NCBI GenBank assembly: GCA_016209735.1
Contig: JACQVN010000030.1
Coordinates: forward strand, 3,265-67,264
Length of the DNA: 64,000 nt
Reading direction: 5' to 3'
Source of the DNA: Candidatus Methylomirabilota bacterium
GTDB lineage: Bacteria > Methylomirabilota > Methylomirabilia > Methylomirabilales > 2-02-FULL-66-22
In this document: one piece after another, positions 22,333 through 31,670 of the stretch
How the letters are laid out: every line of letters starts with the position of its first letter
How positions within the stretch are numbered: the first letter of the stretch is position 1
Program-made: the position numbers and the translations under genes
The notes under the pieces: model-generated
Seen by the model: only the letters and a program-made list of their open reading frames with translations
What the model was told of the DNA's origin: nothing
Database searches by the model: none

Positions 22333-22620
22333 ATGACGGTTGGGAGCGCCAAGATCGAGCTGCACATTCCCGCCAGCGGCTCGCTCAAGGACAAGCGGCG
22401 GGTGGTGAAGAGCCTGAAGGACCGGCTGCTGGCGCGCTTCGCCGTGGCCGTGGCCGAGGTGGACCACCTGGACGAGTGGCAGCGGGCCACCCTGGGGGTC
22501 GCCTGTGTGAGCAACGACGCCCGGCTGGTGGACGCCATCCTCTCCAAGATCGTGGCCTGGATCGAGGGGAGCGCGGACGTCTTGGTCATCGACGTGGACA
22601 TCGAGCTGGTGACGCACTGA
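22333..22620 (+). CDS. ylxP: DUF503 (YlxP) family protein
   Basis: SLKDKRRVVKSLKDRL..RF.VAVAEVDHLDEWQ; lies between infB and rbfA. Confidence 0.92.
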   Translation: MTVGSAKIELHIPASGSLKDKRRVVKSLKDRLLARFAVAVAEVDHLDEWQRATLGVACVSNDARLVDAILSKIVAWIEGSADVLVIDVDIELVTH

Positions 22621-22672
22621 GGCCGCCCTGCGTCCGCTTCCCCGCAGGGCCCCGCCGCGCGGACCATGTGCC

Positions 22673-23038
22673 ATGCCCCAACCCTTCAAGCGTGCCGACC
22701 GCGTCGGCGAGCAGATTCAGCGCGCCCTGAGCGAGCTTTTGCGGCGTGAGGTCAAGGATCCCCGCGTGGGCGGTGTGGTGGTCACCGTCGTCCGGGTGAG
22801 CGCCGACCTCCGTCACGCCCACGTGCGCTTCACCTGCGGGTCGGACCAGGCGCGCCAGGCGGAGGCGCTGGCAGGGCTTTTGTCTGCCGCCGGCTACCTG
22901 CGCGGGCGGTTGGGGCGCAGCCTCCACCTGCGCTACGCCCCGGACCTCAGCTTCGCGCTCGACGACTCGGTGGACTACAGCCTGCGTATCGCGGCCCTGC
23001 TGAAGCAGGTGGGCCAGCCGGAGGCCGAGGGTGACTGA
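22673..23038 (+). CDS. rbfA: Ribosome-binding factor A
   Basis: RADRVGEQI; VKDPRV; VSADL; LRYAPDLSF..DDS. Confidence 0.96.
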   Translation: MPQPFKRADRVGEQIQRALSELLRREVKDPRVGGVVVTVVRVSADLRHAHVRFTCGSDQARQAEALAGLLSAAGYLRGRLGRSLHLRYAPDLSFALDDSVDYSLRIAALLKQVGQPEAEGD

Positions 23039-24017
23039 TCTGGAGGGAGTGATCGCCGCCCTCCGGGCCGCACCCTCGGTCGCGGTCCTGGCCCACGTCA
23101 ATCCTGAAGGGGACGCCATCGGCTCGCTGCTGGGCGCTGTGCTGGCCTTGCGGGCGGCGGGCAAAGCCGCGCACGGCTACCTGGCGGATTCCTTGCCGCC
23201 GAATCTGCGGCAGTTGCCGGGCGCGGGGGAGCTCCGGCGCCAGGTGCCCATCGGTCCTCCGTATCCGTGCTATCTGGTCCTGGACACGGCCGACCTGGCC
23301 CGCACCGGGGGGCTCCTGCGCTCCCGTCCGGCCGCCTCGGTGGTGGTGAACGTGGACCACCACCCCGACAACAGCCGCTTCGGGGACGCGAACTGGGTGG
23401 AGCCGACGGCCTCTTCGGCAGGCGAGATGGTCCTCCGTCTGCTGGAGACAGCCGGCTTCCCGCTGCCGCCTCCTGCGGCGGCGAATCTGTATGCGGCCAT
23501 CTTGACCGACACCGGGTCGTTCCGCCACGGCAACACGTCCCCGGCTGCCCTGCGCGCCGCCGCCAGGCTGGTGGAGGCGGGGGCCGATCCTGCGGTCATG
23601 GCCGAGGGACTCTTCGGGCAGCGGCAACTTCGCGAGTGGCGGCTGCTGGCGGCGGCGCTGGCCACCCTGGAGGTGAGCGCGGATGGCCGAGCGGCCTGGA
23701 TCGAGGTGACGGCCGAGGCGCAGGAGCGCGCCGGGGCCGGGCTGGAGGACACCGAGGAGATTGTCGACTATCCCCGTACGCTGGCCGGCGTCTTGGTGGC
23801 CGTGGCCTTCAAGGAGGTCGGGCCTGGGGAGGTCAGGGTGAGCTTCCGCTCGCGCGGCACGCTGGACGTGCGAGCCGTGGCGACCTCCCTGGGGGGCGGG
23901 GGGCACCGAAACGCCGCCGCCTGTACCCTGTGGACGGACCTGGGGGCGGCAAAGGCGGCCGTCCTGCCTGCGGTAATGCGACTCCTGGCGACGAGCCTCG
24001 AGGGCAGGGAAGACTAG
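23031..24017 (+). CDS. nrnA: DHH/DHHA1 phosphoesterase (NrnA-like oligoribonuclease/pAp phosphatase)
   Basis: HVNPEGDAIGS; VDHH; TDTGSF; GGGH. Confidence 0.9.
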   Translation: MTDLEGVIAALRAAPSVAVLAHVNPEGDAIGSLLGAVLALRAAGKAAHGYLADSLPPNLRQLPGAGELRRQVPIGPPYPCYLVLDTADLARTGGLLRSRPAASVVVNVDHHPDNSRFGDANWVEPTASSAGEMVLRLLETAGFPLPPPAAANLYAAILTDTGSFRHGNTSPAALRAAARLVEAGADPAVMAEGLFGQRQLREWRLLAAALATLEVSADGRAAWIEVTAEAQERAGAGLEDTEEIVDYPRTLAGVLVAVAFKEVGPGEVRVSFRSRGTLDVRAVATSLGGGGHRNAAACTLWTDLGAAKAAVLPAVMRLLATSLEGRED

Positions 24018-24046
24018 CGTCCTGGGGGGCGGCGGCGACCGAGGCC

Positions 24047-25000
24047 ATGCGCATTCGACCGGAAGTGCACGGGGTCCTGAACATGAACAAGCCGGCGGGG
24101 ATGACCTCCCACGACGTGGTGGACGTCGTCCGCCGGATTCTGGGCCTGCAGCGCGTGGGGCACACCGGCACACTGGATCCCCAGGCGACGGGTGTGCTGC
24201 CTCTGTGCGTCGGGCGGGCCACCCGCATCGCGCAATTCCTGACCCAGGCCGACAAAGAGTACCAGATGACGCTCCGGCTGGGGATCACCACGGATACGCT
24301 GGACGCGGCGGGCCGGGAGACGGGCCGCCAGCCGGTGGAGGTGAGCCGGGAGGCCGTGGAGGCCCTCCTGCCCCGCTTCGTGGGGGAGATCCAGCAAGTG
24401 CCCCCCCTCTATTCGGCCAAGAAGGTCCGCGGCGAAAGGCTCTACCGGCTGGCCCGCCGGGGGGAGGACGTGCCCCGCGACCCGGTCAAGGTCCGGGTGC
24501 ACAGCCTGACCATGCTGGAGTTTCTCCCCCCCCTGGTGCGGCTGCAGGTGGCCTGTTCCAAGGGGACCTACGCGCGAACACTCTGCGACGACCTGGGACG
24601 GGCCCTCGGCTGCGGCGGCCACCTGCAGGATCTGGTGCGCATACGCTCCGGTCGCTTCACCCTGGAGTCTGCCGTCAGCCCGGAGGCGCTGGAGGCATGC
24701 GTCCGCGAGGGACGGCTTGGGGAGGCCCTCATCCCCATGGCGGAGGCCTTGGCCCACCTGCCGGCCGTGCGCCTGGCCCCGGAGGCGGCGGCGAGGCTGC
24801 TTCACGGCGGCGCCGTGGCGGTGGGAATGGTGGCGCAGTTTCCGGGGGACCTTCCGGTGGGAAGCCTGGTGCGGGTGCTGGGGTACCGGCGGCAGCTCCT
24901 CTCGGTCGCAGAAACCACCGTGGCGTCGGCGGACTTCGCCGCGTGCGAGGCCACGCGGGTGGTCCTGCGCCCGGTCCGCGTGTTCGCCGGGTCCGCCTGA
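24047..25000 (+). CDS. truB: tRNA pseudouridine(55) synthase
   Basis: KPAGMTSHDVV; GHTGTLDP; CSKGTY. Confidence 0.97.
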   Translation: MRIRPEVHGVLNMNKPAGMTSHDVVDVVRRILGLQRVGHTGTLDPQATGVLPLCVGRATRIAQFLTQADKEYQMTLRLGITTDTLDAAGRETGRQPVEVSREAVEALLPRFVGEIQQVPPLYSAKKVRGERLYRLARRGEDVPRDPVKVRVHSLTMLEFLPPLVRLQVACSKGTYARTLCDDLGRALGCGGHLQDLVRIRSGRFTLESAVSPEALEACVREGRLGEALIPMAEALAHLPAVRLAPEAAARLLHGGAVAVGMVAQFPGDLPVGSLVRVLGYRRQLLSVAETTVASADFAACEATRVVLRPVRVFAGSA

Positions 25001-25012
25001 GGTGTTGCGGCC

Positions 25013-25981
25013 ATGCAGGTGATCCGCGCCGCGCGTCCCGAGGAGTTCGCCTGGAGTCTTGTGCGCCCCGTGGTGGCCATCGGGACCATGGATGGGGTGC
25101 ACCTTGGACACCAGGCGGTCCTGGCGAGCGCCCGGGAGCTGGCGGCGGCGCTCCACGGAACGGCGGCCGTTCTCACTTTTGCCCAGCATCCGCTGGAGGT
25201 GGTCCGGCCGGCGGAGGCGCCGGCGGTCATCACGCCGCTTCCGTTGAAGCTCCTGCTCCTGGAAGGCTGCGGGATGGAGGCGGCGCTCGCCATCGAGTTC
25301 TCCGCGGCCATGGCGGCCGTGGAGGCGGAGGCGTTCGTCAGCGACATCTTGTTCAAACGCCTGGGGGTAGCCGGTCTCGCCGTGGGCCACGATTTCGGCT
25401 TTGGCCGCGGTCGCCGCGGGACGGTGACACTCTTGACCTCCATGGCGGCGAGCGCGGGGGTGAGCCTGGTCGTGGTGCCGCCCGTCCGGCTCGGCGAGCA
25501 GGTGGTATCCAGCCGCCATGTCCGGGGCCTCCTGGCGGCGGGACAGGTCGCCGAGGCCCGTCGCTTCTTGGGCCGGCCCTTCGCCGTGTTGGGCCAGGGG
25601 CAGCCCGGGGCGGGGCGGGGCCGGGGCCTGGGCTTTCCCACCGCCAACCTGGCGCTCCTGGGCCGACCGGTCCTCAAGGACGGGGTGTACGCGGGGCGGG
25701 TCCTGGTGCGTGGCGAGTATCGGGACGCCGTGATGAACCTGGGGGTGGCGCCCACCTTTGGGGCGGGGGCGCGCCGGCTGGAGATCCACATCGCCGGATG
25801 GGCGGCTCCCCTGTACGGAGAGCGGCTGGTCGTCTACATCCTGGAGCGGCTGCGGGACGAAGCGCGCTTCCCCGATGCTGCAGCCCTGAAAAGCCAACTG
25901 GAACGCGATCTGGCTGCGGCAGAGGCCGTCTGGGAGGCCGCGCGCGGGCTTCCCTGGCCAGAATGGACTTTACAGGCTTAG
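25013..25981 (+). CDS. ribF: Bifunctional riboflavin kinase/FAD synthetase
   Basis: DGVHLGH; VGHDFGFG; VSSR; GRGLGFPTAN. Confidence 0.96.
   Translation: MQVIRAARPEEFAWSLVRPVVAIGTMDGVHLGHQAVLASARELAAALHGTAAVLTFAQHPLEVVRPAEAPAVITPLPLKLLLLEGCGMEAALAIEFSAAMAAVEAEAFVSDILFKRLGVAGLAVGHDFGFGRGRRGTVTLLTSMAASAGVSLVVVPPVRLGEQVVSSRHVRGLLAAGQVAEARRFLGRPFAVLGQGQPGAGRGRGLGFPTANLALLGRPVLKDGVYAGRVLVRGEYRDAVMNLGVAPTFGAGARRLEIHIAGWAAPLYGERLVVYILERLRDEARFPDAAALKSQLERDLAAAEAVWEAARGLPWPEWTLQA
25959..25976 (+). repeat. attL core
   Basis: CAGAATGGACTTTACAGG. Confidence 0.92.
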
Positions 25982-27142
25982 CGGGAAATCACGGACTTCG
26001 CTGCGGCCACTTGCGCGGGAGTTGCGTCCACTTGCACCGGCCGGGCGAGGATTTCGCCAATCACGTCCGCCGCCGCCCGCCCGGTCCCCGGCACAGCATG
26101 GCAATACGTGTTGATCGTCGTCGAGATGTCCTTGTGCCCCAACTGCCGACTGACGGTCAGGATGTCTACGCCCGCCCGAATCGCCAAGGTCGCGTAGGTG
26201 TGGCGGAGAATGTGCGGGTGAATGCGCCGCACCCCCGCTGCCGCCAGCGCCCGCCAGAGGGCCTCCCGCACGGGTGATTCGGTAAGGGGTCTGCCGTTGA
26301 TGTCGCCGGGGAAGAGCCAGCGCGCCTCCGTCCCCCGCACGGCCGCCTCAGCTTGCACAATCTGCGCCTGCTTCACCAAGAGCGCCATCACCGCTTCCGG
26401 CACGGCCACGGCCCGCCCTTCCCCATTCTTCGGTGAGGAGATTTTCCCGCCGCGCCCCACCTCCCGGACCACAAGCACTTTCAAGCTCGTCTGATCGAGG
26501 TCGCCCGGTTGCAAAGCCAGGCCTTCGCCGATCCGCACCCCCGTCGCCGCCAGCGCAACGAATACCGGGAAGAACCGGGGGCACACCCGCTCGGCCGCCG
26601 AAAGCGTCCGGTTGAGTTCCTCGCCGCTGAGGAAATCCACCTTCCGAATCTCGCCGTCTCGCCGCCCAAGACGCCCCGCGATCCGAAGGGATGGGTCCTT
26701 TACCAGGTAGTCTTCCATCACCGGCCGTTGCGCGATGCTGCGCAGGACCCCGCGATAATTGGCGAGGGTCTTTCGATCAAGCCCGCTCTCGCGTTGCCGC
26801 ACCCACCAATCTTCGATTTGGCCCGCCGTCCGGGCCGTGATGTAGCTCCCCGAAGGCCGGGAGGATCTTGCTCCTGACGATGCCCTCATAGTTCCGCACG
26901 GTTCCGGCCTTCCAGGTTGGCGCGTTCGCCCTTAACCATTGCTCTGCCACAGCCTTGACGGTCGGCACGGGGGTCTCGGACTCGAAACACTTCAGGTCCC
27001 CCAGCGTCAGCTTGGCCTGAATCGTCTGCGCCACAGCGAGGGCCGCCTTCTTGTGGCCCACGCGCTTGGCCTTCCGCTTGCTTTGGTGATTGATGAACAC
27101 CCACCAGGCGCCGTCTTTCTCCCGAACCGTGACACCCGTCAC
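25978..27142 (-). pseudogene. Tyrosine integrase split by a frameshift near 26845
   Basis: N-part (GTG 27142, SD GGAGG; VREKDGAWWVF...ILPAFGE) and C-part (TGVRIGE, HILRHTYAT, QLGH, Y) are in different frames. Confidence 0.85.
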
Positions 27143-27345
27143 GCACCTCCTTTTCGGGGCCTTGCGCGGGCCGGCTTCGCCAGGTACTCCTCCAGCGCAT
27201 TCAGCATGACCGTGCGGAGGTCGCCTTCCTCGATTGCCCGCACCTTGGCCGCCTTCCACAATTCCTCCGGCATCAGGAGCGTCGTGCGAATCATGGTGGC
27301 GGATTCACCTCCCTTCGTCCCGACCATTCGGCGTCGCGGAGACAT
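27139..27345 (-). CDS. Ribbon-helix-helix (CopG/Arc-like) regulator
   Basis: IRTTLLMPEELWKAAKVRAIEE...ALEEYL; stop overlaps the integrase GTG. Confidence 0.75.
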   Translation of the reverse strand: MSPRRRMVGTKGGESATMIRTTLLMPEELWKAAKVRAIEEGDLRTVMLNALEEYLAKPARARPRKGGA

Positions 27346-27384
27346 CGCGTTCCTCCTTGTGGGGGAGTTGATGTGTTGCACCGA

Positions 27385-27414
27385 TACACTAAAACTCTGC
27401 TACACTAATGTCAA
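27385..27414 (-). promoter_or_regulatory. Promoter of RHH-int with TTAGTGTA direct-repeat operator
   Basis: Minus strand TTGACA-17-TAGTGT; tacactaa at 27385-92 and 27401-08. Confidence 0.6.
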
Positions 27415-27619
27415 GTGGGAATCGACGGACGAACACTGAAATCGTGTGAGTGTTTCCGTGGTACGGGCTCCCCACGCCCGCTTGCTCGCCATCCGCCCCT
27501 GGGCCTCACGGTACACCGCTCGCAGAGTTCTCTTGCGGGTGAGGCCGGTGGCTTGTAGGATAACACTTACCGAAAGGGCGGACCGGGAAGGTGCTATGGG
27601 TGCACAAACCGTGAGGGGC

Positions 27620-27844
27620 ATGCGGGTGAAATACGATGTCGGGAATGACGTACTGTACTGCTTCTTCGGGGAGCCCGAGGAAGCCGTGTCCTTCGAAGTG
27701 GCGGACGGCGTCCTGCTGCGCGTGGACCCGAACGACGAGACCCGCGTGGTGGGCTTCACCGTCCTGGACCTCCGGCGCCGTTCCCTGGAGCAGCAAGGCT
27801 TCGATATCCCCTTCGAGACGGAGAATCTGAAAAGCGTGGCCTGA
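27620..27844 (+). CDS. DUF2283 family protein (putative antitoxin)
   Basis: MRVKYD...DVLY..F...S.EVADGVLLRVDP....VVGFTVL. Confidence 0.8.
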   Translation: MRVKYDVGNDVLYCFFGEPEEAVSFEVADGVLLRVDPNDETRVVGFTVLDLRRRSLEQQGFDIPFETENLKSVA

Positions 27845-27877
27845 GGCCGTCCGTTGACGGGAGAGAGGGGACCGACG

Positions 27878-28153
27878 ATGTTGACGCAGGCCATCGCCCA
27901 GAAACTCGACATGCCGCCCGAAGCCTTGGAGAAGGCCTCCTTGCGGGCGTTCCTGGAGGCTCGCCGTCGCGAGACCGAGGCGCAGCTCTTCCTCCTGGCC
28001 AAGAAACACGGCGTCCAGACCGTCCAGGAGTTCGATGCCGCCGTCCAGGCGGGACGCATCCGCGAGGAAGATGGCTTCGAGGACTTCTTGGTTTTTGACC
28101 GGCTGGAAGCGGACCGGGAGAAGATTCTCGAAGCACTCCAGAGCCTCCCGTGA
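27878..28153 (+). CDS. Small acidic helical protein, putative TA antitoxin
   Basis: SLRAFLE...KKHGV.TV.EFDAAV..G.I.E..GFED...DRLE pattern; SD present. Confidence 0.6.
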   Translation: MLTQAIAQKLDMPPEALEKASLRAFLEARRRETEAQLFLLAKKHGVQTVQEFDAAVQAGRIREEDGFEDFLVFDRLEADREKILEALQSLP

Positions 28154-28160
28154 CGCGCCT

Positions 28161-28499
28161 TCATGGCGTTCGTTGCTTCCCGCCTGACGACGTGATCCGC
28201 ATGTCCGCCAGAACGTCATTGACGATCTTGTCCACGTCAGGGACATGGCGGAAGGCTGCCATCCACTTGTCAAAGTCGGAGCGGCGCACCAGGATCTTGC
28301 CCGAGACGGCCCGGCGCCTGCCGTCTTTGCCCTGAATGACGTGGGGCTCCTTCATGCGATAGCAGGGGAGCGGGTGCTCCGGGTCGGCCAGGTAGGCGCG
28401 GAGGGATCGCACGGACATGCCGGAGTAACCGCTCAGGGCCTCCAGGCCCATCCACGGGTCCAACTCCATGCCGATGCTCACGGCCTCAACGACCTTCAC
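28161..28499 (-). CDS. Excisionase-like HTH protein
   Basis: LEALSGYSGMSVRSLR...LPCYR...KILVRRSDFDKWM. Confidence 0.7.
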   Translation of the reverse strand: MKVVEAVSIGMELDPWMGLEALSGYSGMSVRSLRAYLADPEHPLPCYRMKEPHVIQGKDGRRRAVSGKILVRRSDFDKWMAAFRHVPDVDKIVNDVLADMRITSSGGKQRTP

Positions 28500-28528
28500 G
28501 CCGCGCTCCGCCTTCTAGCCACCCTGTC

Positions 28529-28987
28529 TCACCCGCTCGATCGCCGCATCACGCGCAGGATTCCGCCCCAGAACAGTTCCTCGGCCCGCCGGCGTCTCAG
28601 CCACCGCCGGACGCGGCGAACCTCGCACTTGGGGATGTACTCCCGGCGGAGGCGCCACTCGTCTAATTCCGGATCCCAGGCCTTATATCTGAGAAACGAG
28701 TAGGGCCCATGCTTCATGCCACGGCTACAGCAACACGCGGGCTTTCCGCAGTTGGTCCGCTCGGTCACGAGGTAGGGGTTTTCGATGTCCCCGCTGGGGA
28801 TGCTCAAGTATCGGAACCGCTTGAGCGGGCGCGGCGATTTCTGAGGGCAGACGGGGTCCTGCTTCTTCGGCCCCTCGCGCGCCGCTGAGTGACCGCCTGA
28901 TACGTCTCGTGGATCAACTTGTCTCAGTCTAATCGCCGCTCTCCTCGAAGCCGACCACGCCCGCTTCAAGCGCGTCCGTCGCCGCAC
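28529..28987 (-). CDS. DUF6788-like Cys/His protein (start uncertain)
   Basis: CGKPACCCSRGMKHGPY...YIPK motif. Confidence 0.6.
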   Translation of the reverse strand: MRRRTRLKRAWSASRRAAIRLRQVDPRDVSGGHSAAREGPKKQDPVCPQKSPRPLKRFRYLSIPSGDIENPYLVTERTNCGKPACCCSRGMKHGPYSFLRYKAWDPELDEWRLRREYIPKCEVRRVRRWLRRRRAEELFWGGILRVMRRSSG

Positions 28988-29123
28988 GGTAGGCCGTCGC
29001 GCGACTCACCTCCGCGTCATGCCGGATCGCCGCAACCAAGTCGGGAAGGGAGACACTCGCCTGGGTCTGGAAGAGCTTGTGCAGGATCGCTTGCACCTGC
29101 TCGGGAGAAGGCCGTCGTCTCAT
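28929..29123 (-). CDS. Small winged-HTH protein
   Basis: SD GAGGAG; LPDLVAAI...VSRATAYRA. Confidence 0.55.
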   Translation of the reverse strand: MRRRPSPEQVQAILHKLFQTQASVSLPDLVAAIRHDAEVSRATAYRAATDALEAGVVGFEESGD

Positions 29124-29290
29124 TGTCTCAACTCCTCACGTCTCACCGCGTTCGGTCTGCCTATCGGCGTCTAGGTTCGGGCAGCCTCTCCCCAAGCCCC
29201 AGCCGGGTCCTGCAGCTATGGCACAGGTCCAGGCCGCGAGTGATCAACGGGGGCGTGGCAGGTACTGAAAGACGTTCGGGCCTGCGTTTC

Positions 29291-29635
29291 TCACGGCCTC
29301 CCCTCCAGCGCCAGTTCTGCAGCCAAGGTGCACAGCTCGCAACGCAGCTCATCCTCACCTATCGGGGCACCGCACGAGGAGCAACCCTCCGCTGTCCACT
29401 TCGGGTCTCGCAGCCGGACGAATGGATCTGGGCCGGCCGTCGAAAGTTGCCGGGAGAAAACCGATACTCGGCGTAGGACCGCCTCGATTGTCCGCCGGTC
29501 CTGGCGGAGCGATTGAGCGAAGTCTGAGGGAACCAAGCGGGGGCTCAGGGCACCGTTCTCCCACGTGAGCAACCCGTGAGCTGCTAGGTGTTCAACGGTC
29601 GCTAGGCCACGGGCGCGCATGCTCGCTCCCTCCAC
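29291..29635 (-). CDS. Hypothetical protein with C-terminal CxxC-CxxC
   Basis: CSSCG...CELC; follows the replication gene. Confidence 0.55.
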   Translation of the reverse strand: MEGASMRARGLATVEHLAAHGLLTWENGALSPRLVPSDFAQSLRQDRRTIEAVLRRVSVFSRQLSTAGPDPFVRLRDPKWTAEGCSSCGAPIGEDELRCELCTLAAELALEGRP

Positions 29636-31305
29636 ATCTGGTGTCGCTTGCAGAACTGAGAGCCCACCAGCGGGCGTCCGACACAGACCAGGCCGGCCCG
29701 GGTCGTGGCCTCGCAGCGCCGGTTGGGATCGGTCTTGACCAAGGGGGCCGCATCTTGCACCACCGCTTCCCGCAATGAGTCCGGCGGAGTCCAGTTCAGC
29801 CAGTCCTGCACGCCACCTTCCCAGACCGGCTTTCGGCTTCCATCGGCTTGAACCTGATAGACCCTCTTCCGAACTTCCGAGCTCATCTCGGAGTCCAGCC
29901 GCATGCTGGCGCGCACCTTCCCCATCCCCGCCGCTTCAACGCCTTGCGACAGCAGGGAACGGCCCGGAGAGAGCCCCAGACCGGGATCCTCTCTCCATTC
30001 ATGATCAGAGAGCACATGTTCCGCACTTCCTGCGGAGTGGTTGCGGTTGACATGTTCCGCACTTCCTGCCGGTGGAGTCGCTTTGGCTCCGATAGTCATT
30101 GGGTATGCGCGGGGGACTCGAACGTAGGCCGATTGCGCTTCAGCGTCATTCAAGCTCGTTGCATCGGCCTCTCCTACGTCGACATCTTCCGCACTTCCTG
30201 CGGAGGTTGTCAGAGGCGGCGTCATCTGCAACCAGAGATTCCTCCGGCCACCTGGCGCCGGTCCTTTGCGGATAACGCCCGCCTCAGCCAGTTCGTCGGT
30301 CGCCTTCCCAATCCGGTCCTCGCTCACCCTGGCTTCAGCCGCCATACGGCGCATTGAAATACGCACAATGAACGATGGACGCTCCGCACGTACCACCAGG
30401 ACGGGTAGCACCGCCTTGGCCCGCTCCGAGAGTTGCGCCATCGCCCCGGAGGTCACCACCCACGCGGGAAACTGGCCGAAGCCCGTGTGGGGTCGCGGCC
30501 GTGTACCGCCGGAGGCAAAGGCCTTCTCAACGGTGCGGCGCAAGTAGTCCGTCGTCCGGCCGCCGGCCACCGGCCACGGGGCATGCAAGAGGATCGCCGT
30601 CACCTCCTCCGGCGCGAAGTGATACCGTCTGGCACAATGGGCCAGCGTCATATCCCTGCCGCTCCCGCTCCGGTCAGGGTGGTCCGCTATCTCGCCTTTC
30701 CATACCGCACGGACTGAGGGATATTGAGCCACCAACTGAAGCCACCGTTGCGGGGGTCCCTCGTTCGCCGGCATCGAATGTGCCGACGGCTTAGGGAACA
30801 GGTCCATTACTCGTTGGGGTAATTCCGCAAGCGGTGTGTCCGGATCTTCAAAACAATAGATCAGCCCGGAGGGATGCACGGCCGGCGGCGCTAGGACGGA
30901 CTCTCCGTCCGCCCGAAGCTCAATTGCATCACCACCGGGTAGACGCAGGGAGCGTGAAACAAGTGGCCCAGCATGGTGAAAATATCGATGGCGTCCTCGC
31001 ATCGTCCGTACGGTAAGGGTCGTCGGCAAGTTCAGACCTTCAACCAGCGCCTCGGTTTCTCGCCCGTCTGTGTCGAGAACCGCAAGGCCAGACACCTTTC
31101 CGCAACCGACGGCCACGTTCGGGTTTCCGCCCTCAGCCGCGAAGTCAGCTCGCAACTCGTTCGGCGTGGCCCGGCGGCGTTGCCACTTCTTCCAGGGTCG
31201 CACACGTGTCTTGCTCCCTTCAGGCACCGCCATGGCCGCCCAGCCGCGTGCCAGGTACTCAAGGCCCGCCCGCAACGTCGGGGCGTCGGTCGGTCTCATG
31301 CTCAT
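29602..31305 (-). CDS. Bifunctional primase-polymerase (Prim-Pol) fused to helical, wHTH and C-terminal Cys/His domains
   Basis: YLARGW, NVAVGCG..SGLAVLDTD, T.RGRHRYF, VLAPPAVHPSG..Y; C-terminal CEATTRAG..C...FCKRH. Confidence 0.82.
   Translation of the reverse strand: MSMRPTDAPTLRAGLEYLARGWAAMAVPEGSKTRVRPWKKWQRRRATPNELRADFAAEGGNPNVAVGCGKVSGLAVLDTDGRETEALVEGLNLPTTLTVRTMRGRHRYFHHAGPLVSRSLRLPGGDAIELRADGESVLAPPAVHPSGLIYCFEDPDTPLAELPQRVMDLFPKPSAHSMPANEGPPQRWLQLVAQYPSVRAVWKGEIADHPDRSGSGRDMTLAHCARRYHFAPEEVTAILLHAPWPVAGGRTTDYLRRTVEKAFASGGTRPRPHTGFGQFPAWVVTSGAMAQLSERAKAVLPVLVVRAERPSFIVRISMRRMAAEARVSEDRIGKATDELAEAGVIRKGPAPGGRRNLWLQMTPPLTTSAGSAEDVDVGEADATSLNDAEAQSAYVRVPRAYPMTIGAKATPPAGSAEHVNRNHSAGSAEHVLSDHEWREDPGLGLSPGRSLLSQGVEAAGMGKVRASMRLDSEMSSEVRKRVYQVQADGSRKPVWEGGVQDWLNWTPPDSLREAVVQDAAPLVKTDPNRRCEATTRAGLVCVGRPLVGSQFCKRHQMWRERACAPVA
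30014..30205. repeat. Three iteron-like 20-24-bp direct repeats inside the replication gene
   Basis: ACAT(G/C)TTCCGCACTTCCTGC at 30014, 30050, 30182. Confidence 0.8.
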
Positions 31306-31372
31306 TGCTCGGTCCCGCTGCCGGAACCCGCAGCCGTGCCGATGGGGTGCGCGGGCCGGGTCGCCGTCGCGG

Positions 31373-31573
31373 TCATCGCTGACCCAATCCCGCCGCGCGT
31401 TTGGGATCGAAGCCCACACGGGCCATGGCCTCCACGTCCGAATCGCGGAGGCGAACCGCTCGCCCAATGCGCACGCAGTTCAAGTGCCGGAGAGAAAGCC
31501 ACTTCCGCAACGTGGCAGGGGCAAGCGCAAGCCGATCTGCAGCTTCTGGGATCGTTAGGAGCCTTTCGGTCAC
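31373..31573 (-). CDS. Excisionase-family HTH protein
   Basis: LLTIPEAADRL.LAPATLRKW......VRIGRAVRL; SD AGGAGG. Confidence 0.85.
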   Translation of the reverse strand: MTERLLTIPEAADRLALAPATLRKWLSLRHLNCVRIGRAVRLRDSDVEAMARVGFDPKRAAGLGQR

Positions 31574-31670
31574 TTTCTGCCCTCCTCTGAAGTGCGCCGG
31601 TTGAGGGCAGACTACCACCCGGAGATTGCGGCTGTCATAGAGGGAATAAAACGTTACCGGCGAGGGGTAA

